Source of the DNA: an uncultured archaeon
GTDB lineage: Archaea > Asgardarchaeota > Lokiarchaeia > Sigyniarchaeales > SOKP01
Direction: 5' to 3'
Assembly: GCA_964632315.1 (NCBI GenBank)
Contig: CAZWEM010000020.1
Location: forward strand, 1-64,000
DNA: 64,000 bases
Shown: positions 30,330 through 40,951 of the stretch, piece by piece
Numbering within the stretch: the stretch's first letter is position 1
How the letters are laid out: every line of letters starts with the position of its first letter
Position numbers and translations under genes: made by a program
Notes under the pieces: generated by a model
What the model saw: the letters and a program-made list of their open reading frames with translations, nothing else
The model's database searches: none
What the model was told of the DNA's origin: nothing

Positions 30330-30923
30330 ATGATTATATTATTAATCTCGGGCACTCCTGGAACCGGTAAAACAACAGTTTCAAAAGCAATTGCTAAAAA
30401 ATTAAATGCAAGAGTTATCAGTCTTAATCAATTAGCTTGCTCAGAGGATCTGGTATCAGGATATGACGAAAAAAGAGATACTTTGATTATTGATGAGGAA
30501 AAATTAAGAAGTAAAGCTCTAAGTATGATCAAAGAAGCCAAGGTTGAAAATCTTGGGCTACTAATAATTGAAAGCCATTTTGTCGAGATTATTCCTGAAA
30601 AAGAAGCAGATTTGATCATAATTTTGAGGTGTGAACCAGTCATTTTAAGTCAAAGATTGACAAAAAGGGGATATCGGGAAGAAAAAGTAAGAGAAAATAT
30701 ACAATCAGAAATACTAGGAAGTTGTGTGAATTTTTTTATTGAAAGTAGAGTGACAAAGCCAATATATGAGATAAATACTTCGGAAGTTTCTATTAATAAA
30801 TTGAGAGATGAGATTATTAAGATTATTTATGACAAGGAATATGGTGAAATCTATAAATTAGGAAAAATTGATTGGTTAGAAGAACTCTTTAATTCGGATC
30901 AACTTATGAAATATTTTGATTAA
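30330..30923 (+). CDS. Adenylate kinase 6 / Fap7-like nucleotide kinase
   Basis: ISGTPGTGKTT, IIESH, LRCEP..L..RL..RGY..KV.EN..SEI. Confidence 0.9.
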   Translation: MIILLISGTPGTGKTTVSKAIAKKLNARVISLNQLACSEDLVSGYDEKRDTLIIDEEKLRSKALSMIKEAKVENLGLLIIESHFVEIIPEKEADLIIILRCEPVILSQRLTKRGYREEKVRENIQSEILGSCVNFFIESRVTKPIYEINTSEVSINKLRDEIIKIIYDKEYGEIYKLGKIDWLEELFNSDQLMKYFD

Positions 30924-30936
30924 CTTGGTGATTTAA

Positions 30937-32577
30937 ATTAGATTTGAACTTAGTGATGTTGATGTTTTAGGACGCGTCGGTAAGATTGAAATAGACAGTA
31001 AAAAGATGATTACACCAAATATTTTCCCAGTAATTCATCCATTCGAAAATCTTATAACTCCTGACCAGTTAAAGAAAATAGGAGCAGAGTGTGTATTCAC
31101 GAATGCCTTTATTTTGTACCAGAATAAAGAAATAAGAGAAGAGATTATAAATAAGGGCATACATCAATTTCTTAATTATGATGGGATAATCGCAACAGAT
31201 AGTGGGGCTTTTCAACAGTATATATATAATAAAGAAATTGAAATTAAAGCAGAGGAAATAGAGAATTTTCAGGAGAAAATAAGATCCGATTTCCCGGTAA
31301 TATTGGACATTCCTGTTCAAATGAGTGATTCATACCTTATAGCAAAATCAAAAGTTATCGAAAACATCAAGAGAGCAAAAGAAAATATTACAAGAAGGCG
31401 TGACAATAGTAGAAATTGGATTGGACCAATCCATGGAGGGATCTATCGTGATTTACTGGAAACCAGTACAATTGAAATGAATAAATTAGATTTCGCATTA
31501 CATGCGATTGGTGGTTTAGTTAAACCTTTTTTAGATTACCGATTTAAAATTACTCTCAATATGTTATTAACTGTTAAAAAAAAAATAATGAGCAATAGGC
31601 CCTTACATATGTTTGGATTAGGTTTACCTCAATTCTTCTCTTTAGCAGTAGCTTGTGGTTGTGACTTGATGGATTCAGCTGCCTACATATTGTATGCAAA
31701 AGAAAATCGATATTTCACATTATCATCAGGTACAAAAAGACTTGATGAAATTTATGAATTTCCTTGTAATTGCCCAATCTGTACTAAATATACTCCAAAG
31801 GAGATAAAAAAATTCGAGGATGATTTTAGAATTGAATTAATTGCACGACATAACCTATATATATCTTTTTCTGAATTAAGAACAATCAGACAGGCAATTA
31901 TGGAAGGAAATCTTTTAGAATTAGTCGAAACGAGAATTAGGAATCATCCAAATTTGGTAAATGCATATAGTTTAATTAAGGATAACTCTAAATTTTTTGA
32001 AAGATACGATCACTCACATAAAATTCACGGTAGGCTTTTTTCTTCCATAGAAAGTTCATTTAGACCTATCTTTTATCGATATAAAAAAGTGCTTGAAGAG
32101 TATTATAAGAAATCTTCAAACTCTCGCTTTTTAATTTTACTACCTGAGCTTGATGCTCGTGGAGAAAATTCTCCAACTATAAAACAATGGGTTAAAGTAA
32201 TAAAATCTTCTTCATATTTTGAAAAAGATTTCATTGAGATATGTTTCATATCACCTTTCTTTGGCATAATTCCTTCTGAATTTTCTGAGATATATCCTCT
32301 CGGTCAACATGAACATTTAGATCTAAATCATTTTACTGATATTGCTTTTGAAATTATTGAAATGTTTTTTAAAATGAACTTTAAACAATATGAATTAATT
32401 GGAATTTTGCTTCCAAAAAAAGTATTAAATCAATTTAATGAAGAAATTGATTTTCCAAATAACTCTCCAATTTTGCAGATTAAACAATACCTTGTTAAAA
32501 AAGACAGAAAAAAAATCATCTCTAACTCTGATCTTGATTCAATATTAGAACGCTTCAAAAATTGGATGAAAATATGA
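30937..32577 (+). CDS. tgtA: Archaeosine tRNA-guanine(15) transglycosylase (ORF track starts at 31006; probable ATT start at 30937)
   Basis: TPNIFPVIHP, ATDSGAFQ, HMFGLG.P, DSAAY, CNCPIC, HNL; upstream in-frame RFELSDVDVLGRVGKIE matches the TGT N-terminus. Confidence 0.93.
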   Translation: MRFELSDVDVLGRVGKIEIDSKKMITPNIFPVIHPFENLITPDQLKKIGAECVFTNAFILYQNKEIREEIINKGIHQFLNYDGIIATDSGAFQQYIYNKEIEIKAEEIENFQEKIRSDFPVILDIPVQMSDSYLIAKSKVIENIKRAKENITRRRDNSRNWIGPIHGGIYRDLLETSTIEMNKLDFALHAIGGLVKPFLDYRFKITLNMLLTVKKKIMSNRPLHMFGLGLPQFFSLAVACGCDLMDSAAYILYAKENRYFTLSSGTKRLDEIYEFPCNCPICTKYTPKEIKKFEDDFRIELIARHNLYISFSELRTIRQAIMEGNLLELVETRIRNHPNLVNAYSLIKDNSKFFERYDHSHKIHGRLFSSIESSFRPIFYRYKKVLEEYYKKSSNSRFLILLPELDARGENSPTIKQWVKVIKSSSYFEKDFIEICFISPFFGIIPSEFSEIYPLGQHEHLDLNHFTDIAFEIIEMFFKMNFKQYELIGILLPKKVLNQFNEEIDFPNNSPILQIKQYLVKKDRKKIISNSDLDSILERFKNWMKI

Positions 32578-32996
32578 CTGTACTAGATATAATTTATGCA
32601 CGTGGTCATGAGAATATATTATGCGATCATAAAACAACACTCGAAATAACAAAAGATAATCATCTTTCTAAAAAAGGAAATTGTATTTTAGCAATAATGG
32701 CATCAAAAGCATGTTATGATTTAAACGATAAATTAAAGAGTCAGATCTGGAGTGGAAAAATAATTAACGTTATACTTGAGACTGGGTCATTTAAAGACTC
32801 ATTTTATGGATATGGAAGTGAAGAACTCCCACTTTTAAACCATTCTGATATGGTTTTTAGAAAAAGTGATTTCATTTGTGAAAGAACGGTATTAATTAAT
32901 TGTAATAAGGCATCTAATCAAATTAATAAAAATATTATCAATTCTCTTACCAATCCACAAACTAAGCTAAAGATAACTTTTAAATCTACAAAATAA
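32562..32996 (+). CDS. DUF371 family protein
   Basis: ARGHENI...HKTTLEITKD.HLS..GNCI, DMVFRKSDF. Confidence 0.88.
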   Translation: MDENMTVLDIIYARGHENILCDHKTTLEITKDNHLSKKGNCILAIMASKACYDLNDKLKSQIWSGKIINVILETGSFKDSFYGYGSEELPLLNHSDMVFRKSDFICERTVLINCNKASNQINKNIINSLTNPQTKLKITFKSTK

Positions 32997-33012
32997 TAGA
33001 TTATGATTAAAT

Positions 33013-34119
33013 TTGAAATATATTAGAATAAAAAAACAAAATGGTCAAAAATTACTGGATCTGATTAAAAACTCTAATAGGAGAATTATCAATCCTAATT
33101 ATAGAATTGAGTATGAGGAAGACTATATTTTCTTTCCTCTAATTTCTGAAAATTTAATCGATGTAAATTCTGATTTTTCAGAACTCAGATATAAAATAAT
33201 AGAACGAAACGGAAAATCTAAAATTTTAAAGAGAAAAAGGAACCTTGTAGATTATTTAAGTAATACATTACCTGAGCAAATTTTATATTTAATGCCAAAA
33301 TCGTATGATATAATCGGGGAAATCGCAATAGTTGAATTTGACCGATTTGATAAAATAGAAGCTAAGGATTTAACATTATATAAGAAGAAAATTGCTGAAG
33401 CTTTGATTAAAATCAATTCTCAGGTTAAAAGCGTCTACGAAAAAAAAAGTGAAATCTCGGGAAAGTTTCGTTTAAGAGACCTTGGATTAATTTTAGGCAT
33501 TGAAAATTCTGAGACCCTTTATAGAGAAAATAAGACAGGTTATAGACTCGATGTCAAAAAAGTCTTCTTTTCTCCAAGATTAAATTTTGAAAGAAAGAGA
33601 ATTTCTCACTCAGATTTTTTTCAAGATGAAAAGATTGTTGATATGTTCGCCGGAGTTGGTCCTTTTTCAATCCAAATCGCAAAAATTAATCCTGTTAAGA
33701 TTTTTGCTTTTGACATAAATCCAATAGCATTTAGATATATGAAAGAAAATGTTGAGATTAACAAGGTCAATGATAAGGTTAATTGTTTTAATCTTGATGT
33801 AAAAGATCTAATTAAACCTGGAAATGAAATTGGAAATATGATTCATAACAAAATAGATCGCATAATTATGAATTTACCTGAAATGAGTTTTAATTTTTTA
33901 GACATTACATGTTACTTAATGAAGCAATCAGGTGGAATCCTCCATTTCTATTCATTTGCAGATAAAGAGAATTCCTTTGATATTGTATGTAAGAGATTAA
34001 ATCATCATTTAGGTGAGAATCACTCTAAAATTGATTTATTAATTAATCAAAGAGTCGTAAAAGCATATTCCCCAAAAATGGATCTAATCGTGATAGATTG
34101 CGTGATTAAATCTAAATAA
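33013..34119 (+). CDS. trm5: tRNA (guanine-37-N1) methyltransferase Trm5 family
   Basis: SYDIIGEIAI, FFSPRL, DMFAGVGPF, DINP.A, RIIMNLP. Confidence 0.88.
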   Translation: MKYIRIKKQNGQKLLDLIKNSNRRIINPNYRIEYEEDYIFFPLISENLIDVNSDFSELRYKIIERNGKSKILKRKRNLVDYLSNTLPEQILYLMPKSYDIIGEIAIVEFDRFDKIEAKDLTLYKKKIAEALIKINSQVKSVYEKKSEISGKFRLRDLGLILGIENSETLYRENKTGYRLDVKKVFFSPRLNFERKRISHSDFFQDEKIVDMFAGVGPFSIQIAKINPVKIFAFDINPIAFRYMKENVEINKVNDKVNCFNLDVKDLIKPGNEIGNMIHNKIDRIIMNLPEMSFNFLDITCYLMKQSGGILHFYSFADKENSFDIVCKRLNHHLGENHSKIDLLINQRVVKAYSPKMDLIVIDCVIKSK

Positions 34120-34147
34120 ATAAAATATTAAACATAAGATAAGAAAA

Positions 34148-34247
34148 CGGACCTGGCAGGATTCGAACCTGCGATCTTCGGATTTCAGCTGCATATAATT
34201 TAATACATTAGAAGTCCGACGCCATATCCAGGCTTGGCTACAAGTCC
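34148..34247 (-). tRNA. tRNA-Arg(TCT) with 25-nt canonical intron (34184-34208)
   Basis: Reverse complement GGACTTG TA GCCAAGCCTGGATATGGC G TCGGA CTTCTA[intron]A TCCGA AGATC GCAGG TTCGAAT CCTGC CAGGTCC G. Confidence 0.95.
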
Positions 34248-34395
34248 TCTGCAGCATAAAGAAAGAATTTATTATAATCTAAAAACTTTATTAAATCATT
34301 ATCTGCTGATTTTTAAAGAAGCATAACTTTGACATACTAAATCATTAATAGCTTTTTTTTTAAATTTCTATTCATTATTTATAAACGACAATCAG

Positions 34396-35148
34396 ATGAA
34401 TACACTAAAGCAAAGGAAATTTATACATCAGAGTATTCCTTATTCATACAATTTAAATAAAGATCATCCGTTTTTTAAATTAAAAAACCAACCGCAAATT
34501 CTTCAGATTGTTTCTAAAAATGATGGTTTTAAAAAATTACGGACTCATTTTGAAGCGGTTTTAAACGGTAAAGTACCAAACGATTACTTTAATTCAAAAG
34601 ATCTTCCAAGAATTTCTCAATTCAAAATTAAGGGAGTGAAAAGATCATATCTAAAAATTTTCAGTAAAAAACTTATCAGAAGAGGGATAATTGAAACCTA
34701 CGACAATAATTCAAAATTACTTACTTTTACAAAAAATGTCTTTGATAATTTTGAAGAAAATCGCGACACTAAGCCTAAGAAACCGGGGCATAACCCCATT
34801 TTAAAAAACATATTAATTAAAGATGAGGATTCATTGGCAATTGAAATACCTATCTGGAAAAAATTTAAAGACACCTGCCTTACTGGGCACATTGACCTAA
34901 TCCAACTAAAGAATAACACTTTAAAAGTAATTGATTATAAACCTGAAGGTAATTTTATAATCTCTTTACCGCAAGTAGCGATGTATGGACTCCTTATTAA
35001 GAAAATTTTCGAAATTGATGACTTAAAATGTGTATCCTTTAATAAAGACGAAGCCTGGGAATATGACCCAATGATTTTAGTGGAAGACATTATGTCTTTT
35101 TTAGATTCAATTAATGTCAAAGAAAGAGAATGGGAAAAATTTATTTAA
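34396..35148 (+). CDS. PD-(D/E)XK nuclease family protein
   Basis: EIPIW, TGHIDLI, VIDYKP, QVAMYG. Confidence 0.8.
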   Translation: MNTLKQRKFIHQSIPYSYNLNKDHPFFKLKNQPQILQIVSKNDGFKKLRTHFEAVLNGKVPNDYFNSKDLPRISQFKIKGVKRSYLKIFSKKLIRRGIIETYDNNSKLLTFTKNVFDNFEENRDTKPKKPGHNPILKNILIKDEDSLAIEIPIWKKFKDTCLTGHIDLIQLKNNTLKVIDYKPEGNFIISLPQVAMYGLLIKKIFEIDDLKCVSFNKDEAWEYDPMILVEDIMSFLDSINVKEREWEKFI

Positions 35149-35398
35149 TTTTCCCTTTAATCTTTTCTTTTTCTTCAGGGATAACTATGTACTTTTTGAG
35201 TAGAAAATAGCATAAAATAAGGGTAATAATTTCGCTGATAATACTAGCAAATGAAATAATAGTTCCATTTGTTCCTATCGATCTTAACAATAACGCAACA
35301 AATAGACCCGAACTGAACAAAATAAAAATGATAAAAGCTTTTAATATCTGAGAAAAGGAATCCCTAATATATCGAATCTCTTTTTTTACGTAAGACAT
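35141..35398 (-). CDS. Small membrane protein
   Basis: Two TM helices, basic tail. Confidence 0.6.
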   Translation of the reverse strand: MSYVKKEIRYIRDSFSQILKAFIIFILFSSGLFVALLLRSIGTNGTIISFASIISEIITLILCYFLLKKYIVIPEEKEKIKGKIK

Positions 35399-35461
35399 AT
35401 GTTAATCCACTTTTATGATTATTTTTATAAATTAAAGCATTGTTTTATATTTTTTTAAATT

Positions 35462-37864
35462 TTAATTTGCTTTTCTCTTACTTTTAAATTTATAATATAA
35501 TGCCTTATCTAAAATTTGTCCGATTTTTTCCGCAATTTTTTGAGAAATTTCGACTCGTTCTCCATCTAATATTTCCTTATTCTCTATTTTAGAAGAGTGA
35601 TTTTGTATTCTATGTGATAAAGTATGATTAATCATTTTATCAATCTCAGAAATTAATTCATCATTATCTGCTAGTTTGAAATTCGGCTCCAATTTTCTTA
35701 TCAATTTTACTGTATCTTTATAGAATTCAAAAAATCTTTGCTTAGTTCCTTCTCCAGTTTCGGAGAAAACCTTGATAAATTCAGCTAAGATTCGAGTATC
35801 TTTTTTCTTATCCCAGTAAAAAAGATTTGGATTGATTCCAGGTCTACTTATTCCCATCATTGAGGATGTTATTTTTCTTTCAATCCAGTTAAAGGAATTT
35901 TCTTCTTGTTTTTCTCTTATTTCCCTAAGCTTATCTTTTTCTTCCTGCTTTTCTGCTTCAATCGTTTCTATTACCTTAATCTTATTAATAGAATTAAATT
36001 CCTCGAATCTTTTTAAAAGATCATATGCAATACAATATGATATTGGCGAGATCATATCCGCTTTCAGGACAACAGGTTTTAAATTGCTATAAATTTTACT
36101 TGGTTCATTTTTCAAAGTTAATATACTGCTTTTTAATGACCTATTCAACAATAAGGCTAAAATGAAACCATTTACGAGAAAAACTTGGTTATGAGCATTT
36201 AGAACAATACTTAACTCCTCTTGTCTACTCATTATACGTTTGATGATTAATTCCTCAAACTTTACTTTAATCCATTCCTCAGATTCTAAGGGTGCATCCA
36301 TATTCCTCAAAGCTAATAAGAATAAACCCTTGTCATTAGTGATTTTATCATAAATTTCTATTATTCTAGAATATTGTCTTAAAATTTTTGTTAAAATGAA
36401 TAAAAAAATCTCTTTTACAAGTCTATTCAATATTTCTTCAAATTCAACTAAAATTATAATTTGATCGTAATTATTGAGATTAAGCTCATGTAAAAAAATC
36501 TTGTCTATAATCTGTTTTTTCCTAACGAACTCTCTTAGGTCATTAATATTAACTCCTACACGTTCCTCTATCAAACTCCAAAGTTTCTTAAATTGAACGT
36601 CGTCTTTATAGAGAAATTTTTCTAAATCAAAATCTTGAGAGTTCAGAATTTTTTGTAAAAAAGGAGCTTTTAAATCACATAATAATTTGATTGTTTTTTG
36701 CAAAACATTTCCTTCCTTTTGTAAAGCTAAAACATCTTGCTTCTGAATATGATATCGAATTAAATAACTCTTTGCTTTTTCATAAATTTCTGAGTTGAGA
36801 TGCATCATATTCAAAATATCTTGGATACCAATTTGATTAATTAAATAAACGATATTTTCAAATCCATTTTCATTTAAACTTTGAAGAAAATATATCAAAT
36901 CATTTGGATCTCTCATTAATTGCTCCAGAATTTTTTCTTTAGTATAATTAAGGATTTTAGTTTCGAACTGATCATAGTCGTGTTCTTGTTTAAATGATTG
37001 GTAAATAAGCTCTATCATTCCTTTTTTAGTCTTATTTCCCTCTATAAATGACTTTAATGCCCTAAGAGATATTGGGAGTCTTTCAGTTTCGTGGATGATT
37101 ATTTTTTTCTTAATCATCCTTATTGGCATAGTCTGAACTTTGAGCTCTTTATATGATTTAAACTCAAATTCGCTTTTTACTAATTTAATAATTCTGTTCA
37201 ATGTTGATAATTCGATGAGGTTATCTTCCTTCTCTTCACGCACTAATTTTTTCTCTAAATCAATTGATAAATCTTTAAACGAAGAGCTCTCATCTAAAAT
37301 CTCTTGTTTTATTATGTCTGTAAGACCAATTAAATCACCAATAAAATCGTAGAAGTAAAATGAAGGATAATGATTAATTATGTCTAATAACTTTATCTCA
37401 ATTTCAGCATCCAACTTTTTTTGAAGCTTTTCCTTTTCATTCTCGGTGATTTCAACTGATTCTTGTTCAATAAGACTTGAAATAAATAAATTTTCTAATT
37501 CAATAATTTTATATAAAACATCAACTTCCAGATTAAGTGAATCCTTTAGAACCATTTCAAATTCAGTCATGAGAATTTTTTTTTGTTGGTCTTCTGAGAT
37601 TGAAGTCGCTTCATATGTTAATTGATTCATATTTTGTTTTGTTTCAATAACGCGCATACCCATATTATGATAGAGGTGAATTGCAGCAGTAGCAAGTAAT
37701 AAATTCTTTAAATCTATTTTTTTTTCGATCAAATTCTTAATTATTATCTTATCATTCTCCCTTTTAAAATGAGAAATAATTCGATTGGTTGTTAAAAAAT
37801 ACCTTTTCGTGCCCTCAATCGCTGTAGCTTTCCTTTTTATTCCACTTATTTTTCTCTTAACCAT
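35462..37864 (-). CDS. Large alpha-helical hypothetical protein
   Basis: 800-aa ORF overlapping the end of the upstream gene; no motif recognised. Confidence 0.75.
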   Translation of the reverse strand: MVKRKISGIKRKATAIEGTKRYFLTTNRIISHFKRENDKIIIKNLIEKKIDLKNLLLATAAIHLYHNMGMRVIETKQNMNQLTYEATSISEDQQKKILMTEFEMVLKDSLNLEVDVLYKIIELENLFISSLIEQESVEITENEKEKLQKKLDAEIEIKLLDIINHYPSFYFYDFIGDLIGLTDIIKQEILDESSSFKDLSIDLEKKLVREEKEDNLIELSTLNRIIKLVKSEFEFKSYKELKVQTMPIRMIKKKIIIHETERLPISLRALKSFIEGNKTKKGMIELIYQSFKQEHDYDQFETKILNYTKEKILEQLMRDPNDLIYFLQSLNENGFENIVYLINQIGIQDILNMMHLNSEIYEKAKSYLIRYHIQKQDVLALQKEGNVLQKTIKLLCDLKAPFLQKILNSQDFDLEKFLYKDDVQFKKLWSLIEERVGVNINDLREFVRKKQIIDKIFLHELNLNNYDQIIILVEFEEILNRLVKEIFLFILTKILRQYSRIIEIYDKITNDKGLFLLALRNMDAPLESEEWIKVKFEELIIKRIMSRQEELSIVLNAHNQVFLVNGFILALLLNRSLKSSILTLKNEPSKIYSNLKPVVLKADMISPISYCIAYDLLKRFEEFNSINKIKVIETIEAEKQEEKDKLREIREKQEENSFNWIERKITSSMMGISRPGINPNLFYWDKKKDTRILAEFIKVFSETGEGTKQRFFEFYKDTVKLIRKLEPNFKLADNDELISEIDKMINHTLSHRIQNHSSKIENKEILDGERVEISQKIAEKIGQILDKALYYKFKSKRKAN

Positions 37865-40152
37865 TTCCTATATACCTCTTTGAAATTATCCATTATTTCA
37901 AAATTACATTTTCTCCCCCAATATTTAAAATTAAAAACGTGGTATAAATCTCCTTTAAATGATTCCCGCTCTTTTTCTGTAAGTTGATGAATCAATGTTA
38001 ATGAAACTGGTCTCGGTATTAGGGGTGAATAATATTTTAACTTTTTATTCCTGAGATATTCTAAATAACTCTCACCAATTTTAGGTTTGAAAATCTCTAA
38101 CGGTTCAAATTTATCATTTGTTGGCGTTAATAAATTTAGTTCATTTTCAATTTTATCAAAGATATATCTAGGGAATTCCTTCGAAATTCCTTGACAAAAA
38201 TCATACTTTTGATAGAATTCTAAAAAGGCAACTTTAGAAGATTCTTCAGAATTTTTCGCAATATATAAATCTAAAAACTTCAAAAATGACTCAATTTCTT
38301 GTTCTTTACTCTCTCTAGTTTCTAAATAATTCAAAAAATCATAAAAGATCTCGTTTAATTTCCAAGATTTATGTTCCTCCATATTAAAGAATTTTTTAGC
38401 ATAATCCTTAATCCAGTCTAGGATATACTCTTTCCAATCTAGTTTAATTCCGCCAACTCGTTTTTCTAAAAAGCGATAAAATTTATTGGAGAATGTCACA
38501 GGGTCACTAATCTCATTTTCGGGATTTTCTTTTAGAAATCTATTAATTGTGCTATATCGTAGGATATAACTAAGTAGAAAGTGTAATTCAGCTGAGAAAT
38601 TTTTAAACTTCTCGATATGCTCTTTAATTAAGGTAGAATCGGATTCCATCTGAATTTCTGCAAATGAAACTAAATCGCTTATAGTCAGATTGACACTTTT
38701 AAAATAGTCAGAAACATTATTTCTTATAATTTGTTTAAATTCGTTAATTATAACTGAATCATTATATTCGCTATATTTTTCAGATAAAAGCGGGCTTTTT
38801 TCAATTTCACTGCTAATGAATGATTCAAAACCTTCTATAATTTTTTTACCCAAAATCATTGCTGGTTTTTGTTCTTGATTTATTTTTCCTTCTAAATTTA
38901 AAATAAGTCGATTAAATAATCTTTTCAGTCTTAATCTTGAAAGATAAATTGGAAGAAACTTTTGTATTAATTTAAACGTACTACTAATTAATTCAGAAAA
39001 ATATTGAAATGGTGAATTTAGATCACTACTTCTCAAAGGGTCAGAATCCTTATGGACAAAATCTTTAATCAATTCAACGGCTATATCACAAAAATCATAA
39101 TAGAAATCATCTCCTTCAAACGTATCTAGAATGTTCTTCCTGTAATCAATTAAAAGTTCATTTAAAGGCTCTAATAGACCTGAATAGGTGAATTCTTGCG
39201 ATACTTTCAAAAAAAGTGAAAATTTTTTTTCAAATTCAGTTAAAAGCTTCGAGTATTCAGATATAATCCATTCTGTATCCTTACTTTCATTGATTAAATT
39301 GAACCTATTCTCAACGCGATTGAAAATAAAAAGCACTATTTTTTCTTGAGATTCCTCAGTAGTTCCTATATTTGCTAATTCCATTAAATTAGTTCCAAGT
39401 TCTAAGGTTTTAGTAGCAACATAGTTTGCAGATGGAGGGGAAATTGAATAACTTAGATGATCTATCGATGCTTGTTCTTCGAGAGGATTCGGTAACTTTT
39501 TATATTTAGAATTCCGGAAGGAAATCTGAACTGGTTTTTTATCCCAAGCGTATCCTACATCCGAACTCACTGAACTAAAGCTATCTAACATCTTCTTTTC
39601 TGTTGGTATAGAGGCACTTACACCTATTAATTTTTTATTCCACTTATCTTCAAGCATTTCACCAAATAATTTCAAACTAAACCTAGATGCAAACCGCTGA
39701 AGAATAGCCTTGCTATCATCCTTAGATAGTTCTGGATGGTTCGAAAATTCTTCAACGTCAAAAAATAACTTGCTGATCTCATCAATTGATTCTTTCGATT
39801 TATGAATATTTAAAATTCCAGTTTCAGGTTTCAATGCAAGGAATAAACTCTCACAATCCTTAAAAGAACCCGGAGTTAGTATCATTGATTTTGGATAAAT
39901 CTTAAGAGAGGAATCTTTTGGATCAAAATTAAATAATTCAAATTCAATGCTATATAACTCTGACCCAGTATAATCTCTTAAAATAGCATTAAACATTCTA
40001 AGATATAAAATAACCTCCTTCGAAAGATTATTCACTTTTTCTTTTGTTAATTTTCCTGGACCGATTACATCACCTACGACAATATTATTTGGAGATGAAT
40101 ATCCAAAAATTAACGAAAATTGATAGTTAATAGATTCTCTAGTTGTTATCAT
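37846..40152 (-). CDS. Large hypothetical protein (alpha/beta N-terminus, helical body)
   Basis: 768-aa ORF; no motif recognised. Confidence 0.75.
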   Translation of the reverse strand: MITTRESINYQFSLIFGYSSPNNIVVGDVIGPGKLTKEKVNNLSKEVILYLRMFNAILRDYTGSELYSIEFELFNFDPKDSSLKIYPKSMILTPGSFKDCESLFLALKPETGILNIHKSKESIDEISKLFFDVEEFSNHPELSKDDSKAILQRFASRFSLKLFGEMLEDKWNKKLIGVSASIPTEKKMLDSFSSVSSDVGYAWDKKPVQISFRNSKYKKLPNPLEEQASIDHLSYSISPPSANYVATKTLELGTNLMELANIGTTEESQEKIVLFIFNRVENRFNLINESKDTEWIISEYSKLLTEFEKKFSLFLKVSQEFTYSGLLEPLNELLIDYRKNILDTFEGDDFYYDFCDIAVELIKDFVHKDSDPLRSSDLNSPFQYFSELISSTFKLIQKFLPIYLSRLRLKRLFNRLILNLEGKINQEQKPAMILGKKIIEGFESFISSEIEKSPLLSEKYSEYNDSVIINEFKQIIRNNVSDYFKSVNLTISDLVSFAEIQMESDSTLIKEHIEKFKNFSAELHFLLSYILRYSTINRFLKENPENEISDPVTFSNKFYRFLEKRVGGIKLDWKEYILDWIKDYAKKFFNMEEHKSWKLNEIFYDFLNYLETRESKEQEIESFLKFLDLYIAKNSEESSKVAFLEFYQKYDFCQGISKEFPRYIFDKIENELNLLTPTNDKFEPLEIFKPKIGESYLEYLRNKKLKYYSPLIPRPVSLTLIHQLTEKERESFKGDLYHVFNFKYWGRKCNFEIMDNFKEVYRKWLREK

Positions 40153-40363
40153 GATGTATCATTTTATTATTGAATTCTATAATGAAGAATAGCGAAAAAC
40201 GGTTAGAAAATTTAAATAATTTATAGAAGATAATATATTAAAATTTAAGCTGATCATAAGCGCTTTGTTAATATAAAAAAATAAAAACATAAAAGAGAAT
40301 ATTTTTATATTAAATTATAAAGCAATCTTCTTATAAAATAAAAATAGAAAATGGTGAAATAGT

Positions 40364-40768
40364 TTGGAATTCGGCTCAGATCTGGGAATTACTAGTGCTG
40401 ATATAGAAAAGATTAGTCCTCAAATTACATTCATAACTTCAAATGCTGATATCGAAGCTATTGCATTGGTCTCTCAGGAGGGATATCAGATCGCCTTTTC
40501 CGCCCTTCCACAGTACAAAGTAGATGGTGATCAATTCTGTGGTTTAGCTAGCGCCTTATTGATGACAGGAAGCTCCACGATACAAACATTATTTCAAGAA
40601 GATTTGAGTGAAATCATTGTTAGGGCAGAAAATGGATACATAATTGTAAGTAATGCTGGTAGATTGGTAATCGTCTGCGCTGGGACCGTAATAGATACTT
40701 TAATGAAGACTGTGAAGGTTATGAGGATTGCTGCAAAAAATTTAGGCAAGATTTTCCAAGGGAGATAA
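40364..40768 (+). CDS. Roadblock/LC7 domain protein
   Basis: IEAIALVSQEGYQIA, CGLASALL..G, LSEIIVRAENGYIIV; GGTGA SD before TTG. Confidence 0.88.
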   Translation: MEFGSDLGITSADIEKISPQITFITSNADIEAIALVSQEGYQIAFSALPQYKVDGDQFCGLASALLMTGSSTIQTLFQEDLSEIIVRAENGYIIVSNAGRLVIVCAGTVIDTLMKTVKVMRIAAKNLGKIFQGR

Positions 40769-40870
40769 ATCTATTCTCTTTCTCATTGATAATTAGACAA
40801 ATGATCATTATCCATAAATTTATAAATTAACTTATTTTCTCCTTCTTTAACTTTTAGATGGTTTTTAAAT

Positions 40871-40924
40871 ATGACTGCCCAAAAAGAAGCTTTTTTAGGT
40901 TGGCAGTGGCAATGGTGCCTTTAG
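40871..40924 (+). CDS. Putative Trp-rich leader peptide MTAQKEAFLGWQWQWCL (trpL-like)
   Basis: ATG...TAG ORF of 17 codons with TGG at 40901, 40907 and 40913, 143 nt upstream of trpB2. Confidence 0.7.
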   Translation: MTAQKEAFLGWQWQWCL

Positions 40925-40951
40925 AGCACTTTTGCATCAGTATAAACCATT

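Noticed and set aside
34396-35148. Cas4/CRISPR or integrated element next to tRNA-Arg
   Set aside because: No FeS cysteines, cas genes, repeat-spacer array, integrase or duplicated tRNA end seen; the gene lies on the 5' side of the tRNA
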